This document shows, in pieces, positions 1-11,517 of a stretch of DNA of 64,000 nt. The DNA is taken from positions 37,262,001-37,326,000 of the forward strand of contig OX597839.1 in the NCBI GenBank assembly GCA_951406725.2. Direction: 5' to 3'. The notes below the pieces were generated by a model that made no database searches, was not told the origin of the DNA, and saw only the letters and a list, made by a program, of their open reading frames with translations. Origin of the DNA: Octopus vulgaris. Taxonomy: Eukaryota. The position numbers were made by a program, and so were the translations under genes. Position 1 is the stretch's first letter, and the number at the start of each line of letters is the position of its first letter.

Positions 1-13
1 AGAATCATCATCA

Positions 14-383
14 TCTCTCTCTATATAAACGGCAGTTTGTCTGTGTGTGTGTCTGTGTGTCTGTTAGCTTGTACCCTCACCCTGACCACGGCTTTCAACC
101 GATTCTGATGAAACTTGACACACACACAGCCCAATGTCATAATTCAAAACTAACGCAGCGAAAATTTTGAAAAGTTCCCCCAGTTCTGAAAAAATCGATA
201 AATTCGACATAGGGTCGAGAATCAGAAACACAAACCAGACTGTCTAGGGGACGCAACTCGACCCTTTTAACTCTCAAAAAAAATTTACCATCATTTTTTC
301 GCTATTTTTTGGCTATAACTCTCTAAAAATGCTTTATAGTTATTTCCCTTACAAACCCGAGCAACGCCGGGCGATACTGCTAG
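14..383 (+). mobile_element. Non-autonomous Helitron-like element
   Basis: 5' TC, 3' hairpin CCCG-agcaacgc-CGGG and terminal CTAG, inserted between A and T. Shares its 3' ~65 nt with 21977-22359. Confidence 0.75.
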
Positions 384-641
384 TCATCTTATATTCCAAC
401 CTATGCTGGCATGGGTTGGGGAGGTCAACAGGAGCCAATGGATCAGAGGACCACATCTGCCCCAGTGTCTCAGCTTTCACATGGTTTCCATGGCTGGGTG
501 CCCTTCCTAATGCCAACCACTTTACAGAGTGTAAGGTGGGTGCTTTTATTGTTGTGTCAGCAGCAAGGTTGTAAAATGGAGAGAAGAGAAACTACACCAA
601 ATTAAACTGGTATGTATTTTATCAACCCAGAAAGTATAAAA

Positions 642-848
642 CAGTGGTTCCCAACGTTTTTGCACTCGCGGCCCCTTACCCAAAAGCTTGAAACCCACGC
701 GACCCCTACTATCAGCAGAGCATAAAAAATGTAATTGATGAGTTGAAATTAATATTATCCCAAGTCACTCCTAGCAAGGATATGCAACCCACATGCTAAG
801 GCTTCGTGATCCCCCAGGGGGTCGGAAACCACTGGTTGGGAACCCCTG
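642..848. mobile_element. hAT-type MITE
   Basis: TIRs CAGTGGTTCCCAAC / GTTGGGAACCCCTG with a perfect 8-bp TSD GTATAAAA (634-641, 849-856). Confidence 0.9.
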
Positions 849-869
849 GTATAAAAGAAGTTTATCTCA

Positions 870-873
870 GCAT

Positions 874-904
<31 letters not shown>

Positions 905-1450
905 AATAATATGATTATGATGACGCTGGCAATGTTTGATAAGGAAAATGATATATCTAATTGTGCAAACAATGATGACAAGGATAATAACTGGTGATGG
1001 TGATGATGATGATGATGAGGAGGAGGAAGAGGAGGAAGACAGCAATGACGATAAGATAGCTGGTAATTAATCATTATGATAGGGACAAGATTGATGATTG
1101 ATGGTTGCGATGATTGTGGTGATGATGGTGGTGGTGGTGGTGGTGGTGATGATGGTGATGATGATGATGATGATGATGATAACAACAATGGTGGTGATGG
1201 TGATGACAATGATGGAGATGATGGTGATGATGATGATGATAGTGATGATGATGAAGATGATGGTGGTGACAGTGGTGGTGGTGGTGTAGATGATGATGAT
1301 GGTGACGGTGATGATGATGACAATGATGGAGATGATGGTGATGGTGGTGGTGATGATGATGACAATGATGGTGGCAGTGGTGTTGATGATGGTGGTGGTA
1401 ACATCTACTATGATGACAACAACATCAACAACAACGATGAGGATACTGAT
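870..1450. repeat. Compound (ATT)/(GAT)/(GGT) trinucleotide microsatellite
   Basis: Seen directly. Confidence 0.95.
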
Positions 1451-1514
1451 ACTGCTGCTGACCACCCCCACCCCCATTATTCTCAATACAAATCAATGAT
1501 GACCGTCCACTCAC

Positions 1515-1659
1515 CCATATACTTGGCCGTCTCCAAGGGAGCATCTTCCCGTCGTACCATCAACTTCAAGGTTATAGATTTACCCCTTTTGTTCACATTC
1601 TTCAATCTTCTCTCCACTTCTCCAGACAGATTTAACAGGAAATCCTCCATATCACTTTC
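1515..1659 (-). CDS. REV1: REV1 exon 12 (ESDMEDFLLNLSGEVERRL...ITLKLMVRREDAPLETAKYMG); gene continues beyond window start
   Basis: PAD/little-finger motif TLK-MVR---AP-ETAK-G. 145 nt, TAG acceptor, GTGAGT donor. Confidence 0.95.
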
Positions 1660-1660
1660 C

Positions 1661-1740
1661 TAATAACAACAATAATAATAATAACAATAATAATAACAAC
1701 AACAACAAAATGATAATGATGATGATGGTGATGATGATAA

Positions 1741-1781
<41 letters not shown>

Positions 1782-2093
1782 TAACAACAATAAAATGATA
1801 ATGATGATGATGATGATGGTGATGATAAAATAATAATAATAATAATAACAACAATAAAATGATGATGATGATGATGGTGATGATGATAAAATAATAATAA
1901 TAATAATGATAACAACAATAAAATGATAATGATGATGATGGTGATGATGATAAAATAATAATAATAATAATGATAACAACAATAAAATGATAATGATGAT
2001 GATGGTGATGATGATAAAATAATAATAATAATAACAATGATAATAATAACAATAAAATGATAATGATGATGATGATGATGGTGATGATGATAA

Positions 2094-2140
<47 letters not shown>

Positions 2141-2222
2141 CAACAACAATAAAATGATAATGATGATGATAAAATAATAATAATAATAATAATAACAATA
2201 ACAATAACAACAACAATAATAA
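1661..2222. repeat. (AAT)/(GAT)/(AAC) microsatellite with ~60-nt higher-order periodicity
   Basis: Recurrent block AATAAAATGATAATGATGATGATGGTGATGATGATAAAATAATAAT. Confidence 0.9.
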
Positions 2223-2528
2223 ATTCTGATTTTATTGGCCACAAGGGCTAACATAAATCAAAAAAACATGTAAGGGAAAAACACAGGACGAAAAGTACAA
2301 AGGGTTTTTGTCCAAAAAGAAATGTCCATGTAAACATATATATTTCTCCTTTCTTATACTTTTGCATTTCTACGAAACTTTATTCCTCTCAAACTCTGTT
2401 GCTTACTTCAATTCCCCTCTTATTTCTCTTCTTATACATTCTCTTATAAGAATACTGTACTACACCTACTAATAACTGATTCTGTTGCATATGTGTATAT
2501 GTATGTTTGTATATGTGTATGTATGTAT

Positions 2529-2815
2529 ATCATGTGACCGACCAGACCATCAGATGTTGTTACACATCGCTGGTCACAATGCGTTCGCATTGTTTTAGCC
2601 TTCGAATGACGCCACCCCGCTGGCTAAGCGAGCAGGCCAACAGACGAAAGAGTGGTGAAAGAGTACAGCAGGGATCACCACCCACTGCCGGAGCCTCGTG
2701 GAGCTTTTTTGGTGTTTTCGCTCAATAAACACTCACAACGCCCGGTCTGGGAATCGAAACCGCGATCCTAAGACCGCGAGTCCGCTGCCCTAACCACTGG
2801 GCCATTGCGCCTCCA
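2529..2815 (-). mobile_element. tRNA-derived SINE (third family)
   Basis: Head GGCGCAATGGCCCAGTGGTTAGG...GGTTTCGATTCCC; second copy at 31662-31820 (+). Confidence 0.8.
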
Positions 2816-3248
2816 CATGTATGTATATATATAGATATATACACACACACATAAATTAGCCCTCTGAACTTCTTAGACCCTCTTCTAAACTCTCTGACGA
2901 ACCCTAGAGGCACATCCAAGTACCCTAATTTTATCGACCGATCACTACAGTACACTGAAAAGATGCGAACAACATGTGGGGTACCGTGACCTCACGGCAG
3001 AAACAGCTGTAAGACACTGTTTGTACCGTGACCTCACGGCAGAAACAGCTGTAAGACACTGTTTTGCTTTTTCTATTCTAGAAATTACTGGTACTTTATA
3101 GGTAAAACACTATCTTTACACATGTAGATGGATTCTCAGATCCCCTCCATTTTCTTCTTGTGATATATATATATATATATGACCTCGTGAGTACTGCTGG
3201 CGATTTTTTTCCTCTGTCTTCCCTTCTCGGGATCTTTCCTTCTCCTAT

Positions 3249-3283
3249 GTTTCTGACGAAGAGCTCCGCTCGAAACGTTAAAC
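3249..3283 (+). ncRNA. Minimal type I hammerhead ribozyme motif, Penelope-like-element style
   Basis: GTTT-CTGACGA-A-GAGC(tcc)GCTC-GAAACGTT-AAAC: stem I, catalytic core, stem II and palindromic AACGTT stem III. Confidence 0.8.
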
Positions 3284-3788
3284 CCTCCTTCTTCCCTTCT
3301 TTCCCGAGCGTCCAATAATACTTTATTTGTTCCACGTCCTCGCGTTGTTGTGTTTTTTTTGTTGTTTTTTTGTGTTTTCTTGTTTGGATTAACTATATAT
3401 ATATATATATATATATACATATACACATATCATGTGATAATGTGAACAGCCTGACTATCAGATGTTACACATCGCTAGTCACAATGTGCTTTGCACCATT
3501 TTAGTCTTCCGTGACAAGAAGTCTGGCCATGGGGAAATAGCACTTTCCTTGGAAACGAGTGAGGGTTGGTGACAGGAAGAGCATCCAGCTGTAAAAGAAA
3601 TGAGTTTTGAAAGAGAGAGGGGGAAAGCGTGAGAGAAAGAGTTCCAGACCCAGAGAGAGAGAGAGAGAGAGAGGGAGAAAGATGTGGACTTACTCTGCGT
3701 AAGGTACATTATATCCATCTAACCCATGCTAGTATTTAAAAAAATGGACACAGAACAAATGAGAACACACACACCCACACACACTCAC

Positions 3789-4009
3789 CTTAGTGAAGCG
3801 TATGCCATAATTTATCTCTGCTGACACTGACTTCCTGTTATGTTCCAACTCCAGCCTGCGGTTATCGATTCCTCGACAGCTGTTATATAACATCTGACCT
3901 GTTTTTTGACCAAAACTCTGCTGGAGCTTAACCAATGGAATCTTCTGCAAGTCCTCGCATGTCTCCACACTCAGGTGCTGTAATTTGTACATCATAGACC
4001 TACCAACAC
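3789..4009 (-). CDS. REV1: REV1 exon 11 (GVGRSMMYKL...CRGID...RKSVSAEINYGIRFTK)
   Basis: HhH/thumb region and REV1 RKSVSAEINYGIRF motif. 221 nt. Confidence 0.98.
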
Positions 4010-4968
4010 CTGGAGATTACAAAATTTAAATAATAATAATAATAATAATAATAAAATGCCCTGATGCAGTACCAGGCAGAGGCTCTCATGGCTTCTGATC
4101 TTAACTGATTGGAAGTGTTATCATGTACATTGTTTTGTCTTGGTATAAAAAGATGGGCTACAGCAAATATTCTGCTCAATACCACAGATTTGCTTGTCAG
4201 TTGTTTGACCATAACCAGTTGAGCATGTCTCTTAGTGGCTGAGATATGTGCATCTCTGATCACGAGCAGAAGTAGTGGGGGAGCATCATAGCCATGTGTT
4301 GAGAGGATTCTTTGGGGTTTGAATGGTTCACCTCTGGAAACATGGGTGGTTCTTTCAACATCCTTAAACAACCCTTATTCAGGGACCTTTTGAGCGGGAT
4401 GGGCTACTCAACCTGAAGAAAATTCTAACCGGGCCCCACCTGCAAGGTCATGTGCTGTTTATCTTGATATGAGATCACCATGTCGCTCATATGTGGTTGT
4501 GATGCATGTGCTTGGCGTACCCTTATCAGACGGGTAGTCATGATGGGTATACTGGGTTTCGTATATTTTACCCCAGTGTCACTTTGATGGCATGCACTGC
4601 TCTCTCACTCAATAATAATAATAATGGAGTGGTTGTAAACTGTAAACTTAACGTGACAGTAGGGGATTACACCACCACTGTTTAGCCCTAGGAAGCATCA
4701 ACACTTCTTGTTGGCTTCGACACATTTCCTGTGTCCTTATATATTTACAAAGGGGAGGCAAGTACCCCCCAACAGCTAGGTCTGCATCTAGAGACACGCA
4801 TGTTTCAGGGTCTTTGCCCAATTTCTATTATAGGCACAAGGCCTGAAATTTCGGGGGAAGGGATTAAGTCAACATGCAGTGGGATTGAACCTGAAACACA
4901 CAGTCGCAAAGCAAGCTTCTTAACCATACAACCACAACAAAGATAGATACACCGCTGTCAATGTTTAC

Positions 4969-5088
4969 CTGGCAGACTTTTAACAAGTTGTTTCTGCATA
5001 AAAGCCTCCACTTCACGTTTTTCCACAAGAAACTGCCCGTTTGGCTTGGCACGGATTGTTGCCAATCTTGCTACCAAAATATTAGGAC
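4969..5088 (-). CDS. REV1: REV1 exon 10 (PNILVARLATIRAKPNGQF...LPG)
   Basis: Y-family KPNGQ motif. 120 nt, phase 1 to 1. Confidence 0.97.
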
Positions 5089-6017
5089 CTGAAACAAGAA
5101 GCAAAAGGGTTAATCAAGGTGAAAGCATCGATTAGAAACGTCTACAATTTTAATCCCTGTCAATATTCTAACTTCCCCAAAAATGTGTCAAATATGCCGC
5201 CGCTGGTCACAGCTAGAAGATCATTGAAATCATAGATCTGCTGGACCCAGGCTGACCTAGGGTTAAACAACAATTCCAATACTGATAACAGTAGCAATAA
5301 CAACATCAATTACAACAATAGCAGCAGCAGCCATTCAGAGTTTGGACCTGGAGATCTCCATTTCCAGCGACTTCGAGGGCCACCTCCCAGTGGTGTCGGG
5401 CATCAACGAAGAGCCCTCGACTACAAGACGACGAAAGTTTTTTTTTTTTCCAAGGTCTGGGGTCTTCCACCCCTAAGCCCTAGACCATCACCTAATCACC
5501 CTTAGCCGTCTTGTTGCTTAACAACAACAATAGCAGCGGCAGCAGCAGTAGCAGCACTTCAAACACTACCACAGTTACCTATTTCTTTACTACCATCACC
5601 ATTGTTAATTCCACCACCACCACCACCACCATAGTCATTGGCTTCACTACCACTATCCTCACCACCACCACCACCACCACCACCACTATCATCATCACTA
5701 ATGGTCATCATGAACCATCACCATCACCACTACTACCACCACCATGGCCACTGTTATAATCATCATATCATGCATCCACTTTTCCATGTTGGCATGGGTT
5801 GGGCTGATCACAGCAGCACTAAGCAAGTTCTTACTCATTGTTACAACCCACCCAGATGGGTCAGGAGGCTAAACCTTCCTCATACTTTCTACCTTCAGCT
5901 TGGCTTCCACGACTGGATGCTCTTCCTGTCAATAACCACTTTACAGAACATACTGAATAAATTTTTATCATAACAATCAACAACAACATTAATTACTTCT
6001 AACCAAAGCAACATTAA

Positions 6018-6226
6018 CCCTTTCGTTACTGTATTTATTTTGAGATGCTCTGTGTTTCTTTCAATTACTTTAAATATAACAAAGAATTTATCAAAATAAA
6101 CTTAGTTATCATTCAGCTAGTGTTAGGAACATAAATTGTGACTAAGGTTTGGTGGAAGATTTTAATTCAAAACTTTTGTAAACTAGAGAGCCAGAGCTGG
6201 TTTCAGCCAGGTTGGTAATGAAAGGG
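6018..6226. mobile_element. piggyBac-type MITE family A, copy 1
   Basis: TTAA|CCCTTT...AAAGGG|TTAA. Confidence 0.85.
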
Positions 6227-6257
6227 TTAAGAATTGTTTCTCTATTATATATTTTAA

Positions 6258-6478
6258 CCCTTTCATTACTGTATTTATTTTGAGATGCTCTGTGTTTCTT
6301 TCAATTAATTTTAAATATAACAAAGAATTTAGTAAAATAACTTAGTTATCATTCAGCTAGTTTTAGGAACATAAATTGTGACTAAGGTTTGGTGGAAGAT
6401 TTTAATTCAAAACTTGTGAAAACAAGACATTTGTACTCAGAACCAGAGCCAGTTTCAGCCAGGTTGGTAACGAAAGGG
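6258..6478. mobile_element. piggyBac-type MITE family A, copy 2 (same orientation as copy 1)
   Basis: TTAA TSD, CCCTTT TIRs, near-identical to copy 1. Confidence 0.85.
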
Positions 6479-6505
6479 TTAATTAGTGCAACAACAAGGA
6501 CTTAC

Positions 6506-6660
6506 CAAGACCAGCTGATGCTGTACATCCAGTTTTATCAAAGATTTCTTGTCTGAGAACAGAAACAAAGTCCTTCAGAGCCACACCAGTTTCCTGTAAT
6601 ATTCCACGACAGTCAACAAACATTTCGTCACAGCTGATCGCTTCAATATCATGTGTATAG
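6506..6660 (-). CDS. REV1: REV1 exon 9, catalytic SCDE (YTHDIEAISCDEMFVD...KTGCTASAGLG)
   Basis: REV1-type SCDE catalytic motif. 155 nt, CAG/GTAAG boundaries. Confidence 0.98.
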
Positions 6661-6933
6661 CTGCAAGAAATATATCAAAAAATACATTTATATCCTCACA
6701 ACTGTTCTTCGTCATCTCCTCCCTCCACAACCAGCACCTATTTCCTTCACCCAAATTAATATTCACTGCATCCACACTCTGTTGTCACAATCTAACATAT
6801 TTATCTACCCTGTTTTTCTGCCCCTATTCTCTCTCTCTCTCTCTCTCATATTTACCATGTGTCTTGAAGGCTCACCACCACGTCTCTCTCTCTCTCTCTT
6901 TCCAGCTAGCGAAACCATGTATTCACCTCTTAA

Positions 6934-7156
6934 CCCTTTTGATACCAACCTGGCTGAAACCTCCTCTGGCTCAATAGTATCAATGTTTTGTTTTCATAAG
7001 TTTTGAATAAAAATCTTCCACCAAACCTTAGTCACAATTAATGTCCCTAACACTAGCTTAATGATAACTAAGTTTATTTTACTAAATTCTTTATTATATT
7101 TAAAATTAATTGAAAGAAACACAGAGTATCTCAACAGAAATACAGTAACAAAAGGG
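6934..7156. mobile_element. piggyBac-type MITE family A, copy 3 (inverted relative to copies 1 and 2)
   Basis: TTAA TSD; internal sequence is the reverse complement of 6258-6478. Confidence 0.85.
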
Positions 7157-8325
7157 TTAAGCAAGATACTTGTTCTTCTTCTCTTTATCATATTTTCACA
7201 TCTTCCAATATTTTATGTCATTCAGTTGTTGTTGGTGGTGGTGGTGGTTGTAGTGGTGATGGTCTTTTTCGTATGTGTACTTGGTGACCTCTCGTGCTGA
7301 TGCTATGAAGAAGAGCACCCAGTACACAGTGTGAAGTAGTTGGTGTTAGGAAGGGCATCAGACCATAGAATCCAAGCCAAAGCTGACGTTGGAGCACAAT
7401 GTCACCCTCTGGCTACAATAAAAGACACCTGCTCAGAATGCCAAGCAGTGGGACTGAACCCATGACCGCATGGTTGGGAAGTATGCTATCATCATCGTAT
7501 TAATGTCCACTTTTCCATGCTTGCATGAGTAAGATGGAATTCGTTGAGGCAGATTCTCTATGGCAAGATGTCCCTCCTGTTGCCAAGCAAGGCCATACTC
7601 TCTCCATGGCTTGACATGTTTTCAAGGGCATCCGAACACAGGAAAAAAAAAATCTACAACAAATTTTCTCCGATCCATGCAAACATGAAAAAGAGGATGT
7701 TAAATGTTGACGATGATGAAAGGTGTGTGTGTGTGTGTGTGTGTGCACATGCTTGCAGACATGTCTCTATAAGTATGTATATGCAAGAGTGTGTGTGTGA
7801 GTGTGTGTATATAAGATGTGATTCTTTCAGTTTCTTATTTCTTTACTGCCCACAAACATAGAGGGGGACAAACAAGGACAGTCAAAGGGATTAAGTCGAT
7901 TACATCGACCCTAGTGCGTAACTGGTACATAATTTATTGACCCCCTGAAAGGATGAAAGGCAAAGTCGACCTCGGCGGAATTTGAACTCAGAACCTAACA
8001 GCAGACAAGATACCACTAAGCATTTCACCTGGCATGCTAACGTTTCTGCCAGCTCGCCACCTTTCTTTCAGTTTCTATCAATCAAATTCACCCACAAAGC
8101 TTTATTTAGCCCTAGGCTATAACAAAAGACACTAGCCCAAAATAGCATGCAGTGCTACTGGATTCAAACCCATAAGATTGCAAAGTGAATGTCTTAACCA
8201 CAGAGCCATGCATGCACCTAAACCCTGTTAAATGTTAAATAATGATCAAATACATGGGTTCAAACCTCAACCCAAGCTGCAGAAAATACCTTCACGGTAC
8301 CTAAATATAAAATTCAGATTTATAC

Positions 8326-8450
8326 CTTGCAATTGTATCGTAAAGGATCTTTGACACGGCTTGGTATTTGTCAAACTCATAGGGAATGGTTATGATGTCT
8401 GGGCAAAGTTTAAGGGCATCTCCAACGAACATTCCATTCTTGAGGCCAAA
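8326..8450 (-). CDS. REV1: REV1 exon 8 (FGLKNGMFVGDALKLCPDIITIPYEFDKYQAVSKILYDTIA)
   Basis: G-KNGM...LCP...PY motif. 125 nt, phase 0 to 2. Confidence 0.97.
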
Positions 8451-8995
8451 CTGGAATTAGTAAACAACAATAAATGTGAGTAAAATCCAATATTTCATCA
8501 ATGACTAACCGAAGAGATGGTGTTGTGGACTTCCACCTCGGCATCGGAAACTCAGAGTTTTATCTTGGCTACTGAATAATTGTCATGTATTATTTTACAG
8601 ATATATAAGGCTATTAGTCACAAATATTTAATGGAGCTACTAATATTGATCACAAAGATATGATGGAGCTGTTGGTCACAAAGGCATTTAATTGCATTTT
8701 TTAAAGCATTAATAAAATGAGAGAAAATTTAAAGATAGAAACATTTTGCCCTACCAAGGTTATTAACCATTATTATTAACCAATATTATGTATAACAAAT
8801 ATTAACTAGTATTTCTAACTACCAGTATTACTAACGAATATTTACAGGTATTACTAATGAATACTAGCCTGTATTATTAACCGATACTCCCCACTGTTAC
8901 TAACTAACCCTAACCATACTACTAACCAATGCCTACCCAGCATTACTAGTCTATACTAACCAGTTTTACTAACCAATATTACAAATCAATTCAAA

Positions 8996-9370
8996 CCAAT
9001 ATTACTTACCTGTACCTAACTAGTATTACTAACTAGACTTACTAACCAATACTAACCATTATTAATAAAACCAATATTACTAACCTGTACATAACTAGTA
9101 TTACTAACTAGACTTACTAACCAATACTAACCATTATTAATAAAACCAATATTACTAACCTGTACATAACTAGTATTACTAACTAGACTTACTAACCAAT
9201 ACTAACCATTATTAATAAAACCAATATTACTAACCTGTACATAACTAGTATTACTAACTAGACTTACTAACCAATACTAACCATTATTAATAAAACCAAT
9301 ATTACTAACCTGTACATAACTAGTATTATTAACTAGACTTACTAACCAATACTAACCATTATTACTAACC
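8996..9370. repeat. 75-bp minisatellite, 5 copies
   Basis: Unit starts at 8996, 9071, 9146, 9221 and 9296. Confidence 0.95.
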
Positions 9371-9400
9371 AATTTTCAATATAAAAAGTAGTTAACTCAC

Positions 9401-9714
9401 TTGACGAGCAACATAGTTACAGGAAGCAATCTCAGACAAAGAATTAAAACTCTGCTTATTAACAGAATGTCTCTTCTCATTTGAAGTATTCTCGAGGTCT
9501 TCATCTTTTCCCTCTGCTCCACTCCCTTCTTCTTCATCTTCAAATTCTTCATCCAGAGCTAAAGTGTTTCTTTGACACGTATTCGGTCCCATTTTCTTCA
9601 AAGCATTTTCCTGACGGCGTTTTGACCACTGCTGTCTTTCATAATCCAAGTCTACACCAGGATTATTCTCCTTCGGTCCATTTTTCCGACTGTGGGTCAC
9701 AGCTACAGGCTTAT
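9401..9714 (-). CDS. REV1: REV1 exon 7 (DKPVAVTHSR...SEIASCNYVARQ)
   Basis: PVAV and EIASCNY-AR motifs flank an acidic insert. 314 nt, GTGAGT donor. Confidence 0.96.
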
Positions 9715-11229
9715 CTGGAAGATATTTTCTTGTTTAGTTTATTAACACGTTACAAAATAAACACAAAATTAATTCATCATCATCATCGTTTAACGTCCTT
9801 TTCCGCGCTAGCATGGGTTGGACAGTTCGACCGGGGATCTGGGAGACCAGAAGGCTGCACCAGGCTCCAGTCTGATCTGGCAGTGTTTCTACAGCTGGAT
9901 GCCCTTCCTAACGCCAACCACTCTGTGAGTGTAGTGGGTACTTTTTACGTGCCACCGGCACAGGTACCAGGCGAGGCTGGCAACGGCCACAATCGGATTG
10001 GTGCATTTTATGTGCCACCAGCACGGAAGCCAATAAAATACTGTTTGACTTGACAGGTTTACAAATTTACACATTTTAAGGGATCACATGAAGCTAGAAG
10101 GGAGTTTTTATGGAATCGCTTAATCTTTAAAACTTTATAAGGCACTAGTGCTGTTAAAATAGGGATCACATGAAGCAGGAGGTGGGGTGCTTGCATGTAA
10201 TCACTAGCTAAGTCTGGCTTTCTCAACAAACTCTCTACTGTCCTTAATTAGGGACCAAATGAGTTGATGAGGAACTTTGTATGTAATCACTAGGTATGCT
10301 ACATGTATCTGCCTAATCTTTCTCTACAAACTTCCTGCTGTCTTAAAAATACGGACCACATGAGGCCCAGGCATTGCTGTGTGGTTAAGAAGTTTACTTC
10401 CCAACCATGTGGTCTAAGGTTCAGTCCCAGGGCACAGTACCTTGGGCAAGTGTCTTCTACTATAACCCAAGCTGACCAAAACCTTGTGAATGGATTTAGT
10501 AGATGGAAACTGCAAAAAGCCTGTTGTATATATGTGTATATATATATATTTGTGTATATATATATATATGAATGTATGAGAGTGTGAGAATAAGTGTTTG
10601 TATGGTTGTAAATAAGCATCTTCATCAAACAAGTGATATTGTTCATTTCCAGCCTCCCAGAGAAAATATGTCTGGCCATGGGGACATATTACCTTCCTCG
10701 GAAGGAGATCCATTTGTGGAAAACCTGCCTCAACAAATTCCATTTGACCCATGCATGGAAGAAAGGGTGGATGTTAAATGATGAGGAAAGTGGTTGGTGT
10801 TTGGAACGGCATCCAGCTGTAAAAACCTTGCCAAAACAGACCTCGCCCATGCTTGTGCCACGTAAAAAGTACCGAGTACACTCTGCTGAGTGGTTGGTGT
10901 TAAGAAGGGCAGCCAGCTGTAAAAATCCTGCCAAAACAGTCAGAGAAGTCTGGTGCAGGCTTCGGCCTGGCCGGCTCTTGTGAAACCGTCCCACCCATGC
11001 TAACATGGAAGACGGACGTTAAACGATGATTATGATGATGATGATGAGTTTTTATGCAGTTTCTGGACCTGATTAATGTAGCAACTAGATCTTCTCAGAC
11101 AAAAATCTCATAAAAAGAGGATATTCCTCAATCAGGGCAAATGTATAAATTTACAAAAGTATCCAACCCATGCTAGGCATACACTGACAGACATCAAAAA
11201 AAAGGCGAAAACAAAAAACTGCACGTTAC

Positions 11230-11517
11230 CTTTCAAATGTGGACGATCTCTCATTGCAACAGCAACAAAAAAGGAGTCCATATCAATGTGCATAATGGAA
11301 TCTGCAAGCGACGGCGACTGCACCTTACTGCACACATCTTTTAGTTTCTGTCTTCCGGGAAATTCCTTGGTATTCGATGACTTTAGTTTATTCACATAAT
11401 CTTTCCATTCGGCCTTCCAGGTGGAAAGATGATGGAGTCGGGAGTTGGTGTAGAACTGCTGGAGGTAGTTTGGATCCCGGGCAGTTTGGGCTCGAGAACT
11501 GCCCGTCTGTTGGACAC
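11230..11517 (-). CDS. REV1: REV1 exon 6: N-digit (FYTNSRLHHLSTWK) and Y-family motif IMHIDMDSFFVAV
   Basis: REV1-diagnostic SRLH motif and catalytic DMD motif. 288 nt, phase 1 to 1. Confidence 0.98.

Noticed and set aside
755-2254. Poly-S/P, poly-D/G and poly-I/L/Y/H ORFs
   Set aside because: Trinucleotide microsatellites in REV1 introns; the real exon is 1515-1659 in another frame.
2981-3063. 42-nt direct duplication containing a CCGTGA/TCACGG hairpin
   Set aside because: Simple local duplication with nothing pointing to function; likewise the 14-mer x3 at 62633-62677.
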